Virus record (IMG/VR): IMGVR_UViG_3300033512_000100
Span: 1 to 26,451 of that record
Source: a virus
Lineage: Duplodnaviria > Caudoviricetes
Strand: one strand, 5' to 3'
DNA length: 26,451 bases
Both the position numbers and the translations under genes were made by a program. This document shows positions 16,334 through 25,207 of this stretch, one piece after another. Numbering within the stretch: position 1 is the stretch's first letter; the number at the start of each line of letters is the position of its first letter. The notes beneath the pieces are model-generated. The model was not told the DNA's origin and did not search any database. It saw only the letters and a program-made list of their open reading frames with translations.

Positions 16334-17173
16334 ATGGCAAATATAAAATTAGATTGGAGTGGAGCATCCGCTTCTGAAGGAATAAAAGGATATCAAATAG
16401 AATATAAATTAACAGGAAGTGTTAGTTTTAATAATTTAATATATGTGTCATCTTCAGCATCATCTGGAAGTTATACATGGACTGATGGTGAATATAATAA
16501 AACATATAATTTTAGAATTAAAACCCAAGATAACATTGATGCTTTTTCAACATACAAAACAACAGATATCGATACATCAATATCCGGAAATAATCCACCA
16601 GAAACAGTTAATACATTATTATATACGTCTGGTGTTAATTCAATAGTATTAACATATTCAGGAGCAAGTGATGATATTGGAATTGCGGGACATTTATTAG
16701 AATATAAAAAAACATCAGAATCTGAATTAGATTGGGTTGTATATGGATTTATATCAACTACATCAGGTAATTTTTCCGAATTAGTTACTGATTTGGAAGA
16801 AGGAACATCTTATGATTTTAGAGTAAGTACTCAAGATGTTTTAGGATTATGGTCGGTAGATTATTTTTTATCAACAGTTAGTACATTATCAGTAATAAAT
16901 TACAAACGTTCTCCTTTTAGTTATGAACTGCCATTACAAACATTAGAAGATGCATGTTTTGAAATGGGGGTAACATCAACTCAAAATTTATACACGTATG
17001 ATATTTTAGATAATTTAGGTGTTGGAGATATATTTTATACTGATAATGAATTAACAACTACATTTAATGGAGGTAATGAAATATGGATAGTTGGAAATTT
17101 ATCAACAACTGAGAAATACGCAATTCAAATAAATATAATAGGAGAAATAGTTTCTTATTTAAATTGTAATTAA
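16334..17173 (+). CDS. Fibronectin type III domain tail protein
   Basis: LDWSGAS..GI.GY.IEY...TYNFRI and a second unit L.YSGASDD.GI...LEEGTSYDFRV. Confidence 0.8.
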   Translation: MANIKLDWSGASASEGIKGYQIEYKLTGSVSFNNLIYVSSSASSGSYTWTDGEYNKTYNFRIKTQDNIDAFSTYKTTDIDTSISGNNPPETVNTLLYTSGVNSIVLTYSGASDDIGIAGHLLEYKKTSESELDWVVYGFISTTSGNFSELVTDLEEGTSYDFRVSTQDVLGLWSVDYFLSTVSTLSVINYKRSPFSYELPLQTLEDACFEMGVTSTQNLYTYDILDNLGVGDIFYTDNELTTTFNGGNEIWIVGNLSTTEKYAIQINIIGEIVSYLNCN

Positions 17174-17195
17174 TAATTGTTTTTAAAATAAAAAT

Positions 17196-17345
17196 ATGTT
17201 TATAGAATTATATAAAATGCTCAATTCACAGGAGTGGTATAACACCGCTCCTGAAATTGAGGTATTAAAGGGAAAATATGAAAAAATTTCCGATTGGAGA
17301 GATGTGGTTAGTAAAGGTAAAAGAAAATATAAATATAAAAAATAA
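17196..17345 (+). CDS. 49-aa small protein upstream of the tape measure
   Basis: MFIELYKMLNSQEWYNTAPEIEVLKGKYEKISDWRDVVSKGKRKYKYKK*, after a class B motif and TAATG-coupled to the tape measure. Confidence 0.7.
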   Translation: MFIELYKMLNSQEWYNTAPEIEVLKGKYEKISDWRDVVSKGKRKYKYKK

Positions 17346-18943
17346 TGGCAGATATAGAAAAAAATGTTGAGTTAAATTTTATAACCAATGCTGACCAAAC
17401 TAAATCTAGTGTTGATGGATTAAATAATTCAATTGATAGAACTTCAAATTCCACAAAAGGATTAACATCTAGGATATCAGAAAATGGGGGTGCTATGGGA
17501 TTATTATCTTCCTTAACGGGTGGACTAGCTATGGACTTCAAAGATGCTGGGGAAGCTACTTCATTATTTGGAAATAAATTATCAGGTTTAAAAGGAGCAT
17601 TATTAGCATCAGGTATTGGTTTAGCAGTTGTTATAATGGGGGAATTAATAGCCAATTGGGAAAAATGGTCTGGGGTAATTGACGGGAGTACAAAACAATT
17701 AGCAGAATTAACTGCGCAAATGGATGAATTAAATTTATCTAGAGATAGATATTTACAACAAACTAATACAGAAATTCAATTACTTGAATTAAATGGAGCA
17801 TCATCTAGAAGAATATTACAAGAAAAATACAAACAAAATGCTGATTTGATAGAACAACAAGAAAAAGCATTACAATTAGCTGAATCTCAGTATAGAATTG
17901 AGTTTAATAGAGATAGAGATAGTGAAAAAACATTAGAAGCATTAAATAAAAGAAATGAAGCTCAAGGAAAATTAAATGATTTGAGAAATAATTCATTAAT
18001 TTTAGAAGGACAATTTAATAAATTAGAATCAGATACTGAAAAAGCTAGACGAGAAAGAATAAAAAAACAACAAGATGATGCTAATAAAAAAGCAGATGCT
18101 GATAAAAAGGCTCTTGAAGATAGAATAAAAGCTGAAAAAGATAATGCTCAAAGAATAGCTGACCAAGCTAAAGCAGATAATTTAAAAAATTCACAAACTG
18201 AATTAGAACAATTAGAAACTAAATATAATAATGAAAAAGCATTATTAGAAAAGTTTAAAATAGATACTAATGAATTAGAATTAAAATATTTAAATGATAG
18301 AAACAACATATTATTAGCTCAACAAGAGAAGGAAAAAGAGATTAGTGATAAAGCTAAAGCAGATGATATAGCTGCTAAAAAACTAAAAGCTGAAGAGGAT
18401 TTAAAAATTGAACAAGCTCTAGCTGATGCTAAAACTTCTATTCAAAATCAACAATTAAATGTAGCATCACAAGGTATAGCTTTTATAAGTCAATTAGCTG
18501 GAAAAAATAAAGCAATTCAGAAAGGATTAATTGTGGCAGATAGTGCTGTAGGTATTGCAAAAACAGTTATATCAACTCAAACAGCTAATGCACAAGCTTT
18601 AGCTAAATATCCATTCCCAGGTGGACAAGCATTAGCAGCTACTGAGATAGCTTTTAATAATATTTCAGCAGGTATTGGTATTGCAGCTAACGTAGCAGCA
18701 ACTGCTAAAGCTTTATCAGCACTTGGTGGTGGTGGAGGTGCTTCTGGTGGTGGTGGTGGAGGTGCTCGAGCAGCAGCTGCAGCACCTAATGTATCGTTTG
18801 TATCTTCAAATGAAAATCAATTAGCGGGAGCTATAGCAAGACAAACAGGTGAAACTCCTCCAATAAAAGCTTATGTAGTTACAAGTGAAGTTACAACAGG
18901 CCAATCATTAGATAGAAATTTAGTGGAAAGTACATCAATATAA
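17345..18943 (+). CDS. Tape measure protein
   Basis: Ala/Gly-rich hydrophobic segments (GIGLAVV..GEL..NW), long coiled coil, C-terminal PIKAYVV..EVT..Q.LDR. Confidence 0.8.
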   Translation: MADIEKNVELNFITNADQTKSSVDGLNNSIDRTSNSTKGLTSRISENGGAMGLLSSLTGGLAMDFKDAGEATSLFGNKLSGLKGALLASGIGLAVVIMGELIANWEKWSGVIDGSTKQLAELTAQMDELNLSRDRYLQQTNTEIQLLELNGASSRRILQEKYKQNADLIEQQEKALQLAESQYRIEFNRDRDSEKTLEALNKRNEAQGKLNDLRNNSLILEGQFNKLESDTEKARRERIKKQQDDANKKADADKKALEDRIKAEKDNAQRIADQAKADNLKNSQTELEQLETKYNNEKALLEKFKIDTNELELKYLNDRNNILLAQQEKEKEISDKAKADDIAAKKLKAEEDLKIEQALADAKTSIQNQQLNVASQGIAFISQLAGKNKAIQKGLIVADSAVGIAKTVISTQTANAQALAKYPFPGGQALAATEIAFNNISAGIGIAANVAATAKALSALGGGGGASGGGGGGARAAAAAPNVSFVSSNENQLAGAIARQTGETPPIKAYVVTSEVTTGQSLDRNLVESTSI

Positions 18944-18951
18944 TTAAAGAT

Positions 18952-18992
18952 TAGCGCAGAAATCAACGATATTCTGCGCTATTTCTTATTTT
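18952..18992 (+). terminator. Intrinsic terminator after the tape measure
   Basis: TAGCGCAGAA-N10-TTCTGCGCTA followed by TTTCTTATTTT. Confidence 0.7.
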
Positions 18993-19087
18993 ATATAAAT
19001 TGTATTGCTTAAATAATTATTTCGTTTTAAATCGCAGATTATTATTCTAATACAAAATTAATATACTTTGTTTTCAATTAAAAAGAG

Positions 19088-20887
19088 ATGTGTGATTTCA
19101 TTCTTACTGAACAACAACAAGAAGATATATTAAAAATAGCGCAAGCTGTTAATAATGATATTGAAAAGGGAACGTTCTATAGATATGATGGTAGTAAAGC
19201 ACCACAGAGACAGTTTTGCCGCATAATGATGTCTATGAATAAACTTTATACAAAAGACGATATTAATAGAATGTCATTTCAAGGTTTAAATTCACAATTT
19301 GCAAAAAAAGGTACAAATAGATATTCAATATTCAAATATAGAGGTGGAGCTAATTGCCAACATTATTGGAGAGAAATTGAAGTAAAAATTGATGAAGATG
19401 GTTTACCATACGAAATTGATAAAGGAATAGTTGATGATAGTAAAGTAGAAAGATTAAATTTTTCTGAGCAACAACAAAATAATACAGAACAAATGAATAT
19501 ATTTGAATTAATTTTAGATGAAGATAACAAAGATGGAGTATATGGAGCTAGTTTAGTTGCTGAGCCAGCAATTGAAATGGAGATGTTATTCTTTTCTAGC
19601 AATGGAAAATCTGAAGTTGAAGAACCAATTAAATGGAAATTAAGTAATGAGGAAAAACGTATCGTTATTTCACCAGTATTAATTCCAGACCAAAAAATAT
19701 ATAGAAATTCAATTGGGAAAGATAAAAAACCAGGATATACATTCGTATCAGCACCTACAATTGAAAAATTACAACAAAATTTTTGGAAACAACAATATAA
19801 TAAAAATTCAACTATAGAGCATCAAGATAAAATTGAAGATGTTTATTTCTATGAAAGTTGGATTATTGAAGACCCTAAAAATGATAAAGCAAATGCTTTA
19901 GGATATAACTTACCTAAAGGAACATGGATGTTAGCAATGAAAGTTGAAAACGTAGATGTGTGGGAAAATTATATTAAAACTGGTTTAGTAACTGGTTTAT
20001 CGATTGATGCTTTACTAAGACCTAAACAAATCACAGAATCAGTTAAATTTAAAAAAATGGATAAAATAGAATTATTATTTAAAAACGCATTAAAACAAGC
20101 GATTATAGAAATGGAAGCAGAAAAACAATTTACAATTAAAATTTCAGATGAGTTATCTTACTTTACAAACGAGCCTTTAGCTATGGATGTATTAGTATAT
20201 GATAATGAAACAGGGGAATTAGTTAAAGAAATGGAATTTATATTTGAAGGGAAAAAATATAAAACAGGTACAGAAGGACAAATCATATCAGTTGAAGATA
20301 TTGTTGAAGAGGAAAAAACAGAAGATAAAGAAGTAATTGAACAATCATCAGAAACTTTAGGTAAATTTGAAGGAGAAAATGGTGTAGTTGTATTCGCTGA
20401 ATGGTTATCATTAGGAAAAACATTATTTGGTGAAAATCAAGAATTATTACCTGATTTCTCGTTCGAATATGAAGGTAAAATTTATTCAACTAATGAAGTA
20501 GCTGAAATAGTTAAATTAGAAAAAAATCCAACATCACCTTATTGGAAAGTTGAATTAGCCGCTGAAACTCCAGCTGATGTAATTGCTGAAGATACAATGG
20601 TTGAAACACCAGTTGAAGAAGTTGATAAAGATACAAGAATTGCAGAATTAGAAGCTATGTTAGCTGAGAAAGAAGCATTGGTTCTTGAATTAGAAGCTAA
20701 ATTAGCAGATGCTGAAACTAAAATTAATAAATTAGAAGCGGATTTTGTTTTGAAAGAAAATGAAGTGGTTGCATTATCTAAAGAAACACCATCATCAATG
20801 GGAATTATAGATAGACCAGTTGAAGATAAATCAATAAGACCATCATCAGCTTTAGAAGCAATTAGAAAAGTAACAAACAATAAATAA
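19088..20887 (+). CDS. Fused head-morphogenesis protein: MuF-like Cys/His domain + XkdF-like prohead protease + scaffold
   Basis: RQFC...GGANCQHYW; SLV..PAIE, LIPDQKIYR, EH, ESW, PKGTW, GLSID; acidic coiled-coil C-terminus; directly upstream of the capsid gene. Confidence 0.8.
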   Translation: MCDFILTEQQQEDILKIAQAVNNDIEKGTFYRYDGSKAPQRQFCRIMMSMNKLYTKDDINRMSFQGLNSQFAKKGTNRYSIFKYRGGANCQHYWREIEVKIDEDGLPYEIDKGIVDDSKVERLNFSEQQQNNTEQMNIFELILDEDNKDGVYGASLVAEPAIEMEMLFFSSNGKSEVEEPIKWKLSNEEKRIVISPVLIPDQKIYRNSIGKDKKPGYTFVSAPTIEKLQQNFWKQQYNKNSTIEHQDKIEDVYFYESWIIEDPKNDKANALGYNLPKGTWMLAMKVENVDVWENYIKTGLVTGLSIDALLRPKQITESVKFKKMDKIELLFKNALKQAIIEMEAEKQFTIKISDELSYFTNEPLAMDVLVYDNETGELVKEMEFIFEGKKYKTGTEGQIISVEDIVEEEKTEDKEVIEQSSETLGKFEGENGVVVFAEWLSLGKTLFGENQELLPDFSFEYEGKIYSTNEVAEIVKLEKNPTSPYWKVELAAETPADVIAEDTMVETPVEEVDKDTRIAELEAMLAEKEALVLELEAKLADAETKINKLEADFVLKENEVVALSKETPSSMGIIDRPVEDKSIRPSSALEAIRKVTNNK

Positions 20888-20912
20888 TAAATAAAATTAA
20901 ACAATTAAATAA

Positions 20913-21809
20913 ATGGCAACAACAGTAAACGTTTCAAGTCAATTCACAGGTGTAGCAGCTGGTGAAATTTTCGTACAAGCATTTAAAAAAGCAGATACTA
21001 TAGGAAAAAATATGATTACAGTATTACCTAACGTAATCGGTTCTGCATTTTTACCAAAATTATCTTATTCAGCAGATTTAGCAGCAGCAGCATGTGGATG
21101 GAATCCAACAGGAACTGTAGGTTTAACTGATAAAGAAATTACAACTAAACATTACCAAATTCAACACGAATTATGTAAGAAAGATTTCGCTCAAACATTC
21201 CAAGCATTAAATGCAGGTTTCTTCTCAGCATCAACTGAAGATGTACCAGCAGATATCAAAGAAGCTATTTTGTTAGCTATGATAAGCAATGCAGGTGCTA
21301 AATTAGATGTTCAAATATGGCAAGGTGCTAACACAGGTTCTCAAATGAATGGATTATTAACTCAATTCGCAGCGGATGCAGACGTAATCGATGTATCAGG
21401 TTCAGCAGTTACTGTAGCTAATGTTACAGGTTCATTTGAAGCAGTTTATAATGCAATTCCAGCAGAAGTTGAAGACGAAGTAGTATTCGCTGTATCTAAA
21501 AACGTAGCATCAGCTTATAAAGCAGCTCAAGCTAAAATGGGATTAAATTCAACAGTAGGTGCTAAAGAATTAGATTACTTAGGAATCAGAGTTGAATCAA
21601 TTGGTGGTTTACCATCTAATACAATCGTAGCATATAGAGTTAAAAACTTAGCATTCGCAACAGGATTAGAATCAGATTTAAACAACGTAAGAGTTGTAGA
21701 CCACGATGCAGTATCATTAGACGGACAAGTTAGAACAGATATGCAGTTCTTAGCAGGTGTAGGTTATTCATTCGGTTCTGAAATCGTTTGGTCTAGAGTT
21801 ATAGCATAA
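20913..21809 (+). CDS. Major capsid protein
   Basis: 298 aa after protease/scaffold, strong codon bias (TTC, ATC, AAC, GCA), ELCKKDF, IWQG and NL.FATGL.SD motifs, followed by a terminator. Confidence 0.85.
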   Translation: MATTVNVSSQFTGVAAGEIFVQAFKKADTIGKNMITVLPNVIGSAFLPKLSYSADLAAAACGWNPTGTVGLTDKEITTKHYQIQHELCKKDFAQTFQALNAGFFSASTEDVPADIKEAILLAMISNAGAKLDVQIWQGANTGSQMNGLLTQFAADADVIDVSGSAVTVANVTGSFEAVYNAIPAEVEDEVVFAVSKNVASAYKAAQAKMGLNSTVGAKELDYLGIRVESIGGLPSNTIVAYRVKNLAFATGLESDLNNVRVVDHDAVSLDGQVRTDMQFLAGVGYSFGSEIVWSRVIA

Positions 21810-21830
21810 TTATAAAATAAATAACAACCT

Positions 21831-21864
21831 AAGGGGATAGGGTTTATATCCTAACCCCTTTTTT
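21831..21864 (+). terminator. Intrinsic terminator/attenuator after the capsid gene
   Basis: AAGGGGATAGG...CCTAACCCCTT followed by TTTT. Confidence 0.75.
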
Positions 21865-21881
21865 AATAAATCAATATAACA

Positions 21882-22409
21882 ATGGCTTGTATAACATTAT
21901 CTAAAGGTAGAAAATTACCTTGTAAAGGTGGAAATGGTGGATTTAAAGCAGTTGGATTTCAAGTATGGGATTCAGCAAATTTAATTGCATCAACAACAGG
22001 TTCTATAGACACGATTCCAACCGGTTCTCAAATCTATAGATACGAATTAAAGAATACTGGAAATACGTATTCAGAAGAAATTAGTGCAGACGCTGATGCT
22101 AGAACAGTAGTTTATAACGGTACATTAAATTTAGTTTTACAAAAATTAGATACTGATACTAGAAATGAAGTTAAAATGTTAACAATGGGAGAAGTAGTTC
22201 CATATATTGAAACATATAACGGTGATATTTTAGTAATTGGTTCTCAAAATGGAGCTGAATTAACTGGTGGTACTATTACTACAGGTGGAGCTAGAACAGA
22301 TATGCAAGGATACACATTGATATTTACATCAATGGAAAATGAACCATATTTATCATTATCTTCAGCAGGTAAAACAGCTTACTCAGCATTACTTGTAGAA
22401 GGAGTATAA
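21882..22409 (+). CDS. Major tail tube protein
   Basis: MAC.LSKGRKLPCK...GG N-terminus and G..NG.E......TG....D..GY.L.F...E C-terminus. Confidence 0.7.
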   Translation: MACITLSKGRKLPCKGGNGGFKAVGFQVWDSANLIASTTGSIDTIPTGSQIYRYELKNTGNTYSEEISADADARTVVYNGTLNLVLQKLDTDTRNEVKMLTMGEVVPYIETYNGDILVIGSQNGAELTGGTITTGGARTDMQGYTLIFTSMENEPYLSLSSAGKTAYSALLVEGV

Positions 22410-22439
22410 TATACTTAGGATTGAGGTTACCTCGGTCGG

Positions 22440-22466
22440 AAGCCAAACGAAAGTTTGGCTTTTTTT
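22440..22466 (+). terminator. Intrinsic terminator
   Basis: AAGCCAAAC-GAAA-GTTTGGCTT followed by a T run. Confidence 0.9.
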
Positions 22467-22508
22467 ATTACGAAATAACATAAATTACTTGTTTTTAAAG
22501 AAAATATA

Positions 22509-22922
22509 ATGAAGATAATAGAAATTGATAATACTCTTAGCGAATTAACTGTAGATTCAACATACATTTCTGCTGATTCAACAGTAATTACAGCAGATAT
22601 GACAGAATATTACATGTCTAATAAGAGAATTGTATTACTTCCACGCATCCTTCCAGAAGCTGGTACAGATATTGTAGTAAATTTACGTAGTGAAATTAAA
22701 AACGAATTATTTAACGCAACTAATGAATGGGGTTATGTAAATGGTTATATGAATATTGTATTATTAAGTGGAGAATATGAAATTGGTGAGAAATTTGAGA
22801 TAAATATCACATCAGATGGTACAGAAATATATAGAGGTAAATTACTTGTAGTAAAACCAAATGAAGATATACAAAATTACAAACATACTACAGTGAGTAG
22901 TAATAAAAAATTAACATTTTAA
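22509..22922 (+). CDS. Putative virion structural protein
   Basis: TVDST.I.ADST.ITAD repeat and IYRGK motif; coupled to the portal gene. Confidence 0.6.
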   Translation: MKIIEIDNTLSELTVDSTYISADSTVITADMTEYYMSNKRIVLLPRILPEAGTDIVVNLRSEIKNELFNATNEWGYVNGYMNIVLLSGEYEIGEKFEINITSDGTEIYRGKLLVVKPNEDIQNYKHTTVSSNKKLTF

Positions 22923-24031
22923 TGGAAAAATTAAATAATGATATAGAGGTTATTGAATTCTCTAAATATGTTCAACCAATTATTACACCTTCAGTAAACA
23001 AAAAATGGACTTTAAATGGAGATAATAACAGTTTTTACAAATATGTTAAAGAATGCTATGAAGGTTCAACAACTAATTCAGGAATTATAAATGGTTACTG
23101 TAATTATGTTTATGGAGAGGGATTATATGAAGTAAATGGAAAAGATATTAACAAATATATTAAAAAAGGTGATGTAAGGTTAGTAGTTCAAGATTATAAA
23201 ACTTATGGTGCTTATGCATTACAAATTATATGGAACTCAGCTAAAGACCCTAAAGATAAATTACCTATTTTGATGAAATACGTTCCTGTATTCAAATTAG
23301 GATTGAATTTAGATAAAAATAATTTAATTAATGGATATTGGTATTCATTTGATTGGGAACAACAAGGAAAATATAAACCAGTTCCATTTAACGCTTATAC
23401 AGGTGTTTATAAAGGAAATGATGTAGAAATATTAATGGTTCAAAGACCATCTTCAAATCCATTTTTTGCCAATCCTGATTATACTCCAGGTTTACAATAT
23501 GCTCAATTAGAGATGGAATTAGCAAATAGTTCTATTAATCACGTAATGAATGGTTTTCAAGCTACTAAAGTTGTAAATTGTAATAATGGTGTTCCTCCAA
23601 CTGAGGAATTAAAAGCAGAATATAAACGTAAAATTATAAATTCTTTAACTGGAACCGGAAATACAAATAAAATTGTTGTTTCATTTAATGAATCGTCTGA
23701 AAAAGGAATTGAAGTTACTGACATTCCAATCGTTGAATTAAATCAACAATATGTTCATTTTGAAGAGGTAGCTGAAAAGAAATTAATTATTGCTCACTCA
23801 GCACCTCCAATTTTATTTGCAGGTACTAGAGATGGTGGTGGATTAGGAAATAATTCTGAAGAAATACAAACTGCAACTCAAATGTTATATAGAAAACATA
23901 TATACCCAATAAGAGAGACTATTATAGATGGTTTAAATGAAATATTTAATGTTATAGACCCATCTTTAGATGTTGAATTTAAAGATTTTGATGAATTACA
24001 AACAAAAACAGAAGAAATACCTACAGAATAA
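22922..24031 (+). CDS. Portal protein
   Basis: S.TN..II, YG.G, D...YG.YA, NGF, LTG..N...VVSF, AH..PP.LF..GLGNN motifs. Confidence 0.85.
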   Translation: MEKLNNDIEVIEFSKYVQPIITPSVNKKWTLNGDNNSFYKYVKECYEGSTTNSGIINGYCNYVYGEGLYEVNGKDINKYIKKGDVRLVVQDYKTYGAYALQIIWNSAKDPKDKLPILMKYVPVFKLGLNLDKNNLINGYWYSFDWEQQGKYKPVPFNAYTGVYKGNDVEILMVQRPSSNPFFANPDYTPGLQYAQLEMELANSSINHVMNGFQATKVVNCNNGVPPTEELKAEYKRKIINSLTGTGNTNKIVVSFNESSEKGIEVTDIPIVELNQQYVHFEEVAEKKLIIAHSAPPILFAGTRDGGGLGNNSEEIQTATQMLYRKHIYPIRETIIDGLNEIFNVIDPSLDVEFKDFDELQTKTEEIPTE

Positions 24032-24510
24032 TGGAACATACCTTATTATTAAAATCAGATGACATACCTAAATTGACTAAAATATCAGGAAATACAGATA
24101 TAGATTCTTTAACACCTTATATATACGCTGCTCAGAAAAATGAGATTAGACGAGTATTAGGATTAAATCTATATAATAAAATATTAGCGGATTTTGAAAC
24201 CGATACTTTAGCAGGAAGTTATTTAACTATTTATGATGAATTTGTTGTTGATATGTTAGTATATTATTCAGCAGCTAATTTCACACAATTCGGCTCATAT
24301 CAAATGAGTAACGGCGGTATTTATCGTCATATTCCAGATAATGGGGAGAGTGTTGAATATAGTGAGGTTGCGTTGTTAATCACTCGTTTTCAACAATTAG
24401 GAGCAGCAGTTGAATTAATATTTAAAGATTGGATTAAAGATAATCCAGTTGCAGAATATACTCAAAATTGTACTTCTAATAGTTTTAAATTTAATTGGTT
24501 TTTAGATTAA
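24031..24510 (+). CDS. Head-tail connector/adaptor
   Basis: ISGN.D.D.L...I..AQ...I..VLG..LY.KI pattern directly after the portal. Confidence 0.65.
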   Translation: MEHTLLLKSDDIPKLTKISGNTDIDSLTPYIYAAQKNEIRRVLGLNLYNKILADFETDTLAGSYLTIYDEFVVDMLVYYSAANFTQFGSYQMSNGGIYRHIPDNGESVEYSEVALLITRFQQLGAAVELIFKDWIKDNPVAEYTQNCTSNSFKFNWFLD

Positions 24511-24511
24511 T

Positions 24512-24637
24512 ATGGAACAAAAGAAAGAATATATGGTTAAAAAAAATGATTTAAGAAAGATGATTTCATTTACTAAGCAAGTAAAAACGAGTGAAATTGA
24601 AGATAAATTTAAATCACAGGATACCATTAAAAAATAA
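24512..24637 (+). CDS. 41-aa basic peptide
   Basis: MEQKKEYMVKKNDLRKMISFTKQVKTSEIEDKFKSQDTIKK*; starts 1 nt after the connector stop. Confidence 0.55.
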   Translation: MEQKKEYMVKKNDLRKMISFTKQVKTSEIEDKFKSQDTIKK

Positions 24638-24685
24638 TAATATGCGTTTAAATCGCTTTAAAATAATTATTATAATATAAATAAT

Positions 24686-25207
24686 ATGCAAAATATAAAT
24701 ACATCACAACCAAACGATGGTTTAGGAGATAAATTAAGAGATGCTTTTAATAAGGTAAATTCTAATTTTGAAGAAGTAAGAGATAAATACACTTACGCTT
24801 CATTATTATTAAGATATAATGAAGAAATATTAACATCAGGTTCATTAGTAATAGGAAAAACATATGTTATACCAACCTTAATAAATGGTGATAATTTTAC
24901 TAATGTGGGATATACATCAGAAGGAACACCATTTACTGCTAGTGGGCAATTTCCATTAATTTGGGATGGAGGAACGGAAGTTTTATCACACAATATATCA
25001 GGTAGTAGAATATTCTATAATAATATTGATGATGAAATTGAAATATCTTATGATTATCAGAATGGATTCATAATAGAAACATCTGGTAGTGTTTTCACAA
25101 CAGATAATTTATTTTCAGAATCTAATTTTGTAAGTTATATAAATGATAAAAAAATTAATATTAATACTGGAGATAACACAATGGTAAAAATTGAAATATA
25201 CGAATAA
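24686..25207 (+). CDS. Short fibre/spike-type protein with T4 gp9/gp10-like N-terminal motif
   Basis: PNDGLGDKLRDAFNKVNSNF. Confidence 0.7.
   Translation: MQNINTSQPNDGLGDKLRDAFNKVNSNFEEVRDKYTYASLLLRYNEEILTSGSLVIGKTYVIPTLINGDNFTNVGYTSEGTPFTASGQFPLIWDGGTEVLSHNISGSRIFYNNIDDEIEISYDYQNGFIIETSGSVFTTDNLFSESNFVSYINDKKININTGDNTMVKIEIYE

Noticed and set aside
16443-16646. 67-aa alternative-frame ORF
   Set aside because: It is nested in the FN3 gene and its composition is a frame-shift artefact.
18725-18766. GGT-rich tandem repeat
   Set aside because: It simply encodes a Gly linker near the tape measure C-terminus.
2231-24660. CRISPR array or att site interpretation of the recurring motif
   Set aside because: Copies are short, dispersed and in both orientations, with no regular spacers and no cas or integrase gene.
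6472-24993. Minus-strand ORFs of 60-130 aa in the track (for example 6472, 7956, 9705, 10472, 13146, 17308, 20539, 24793)
   Set aside because: They are antisense shadows of well-supported plus-strand genes and lack recognisable motifs.
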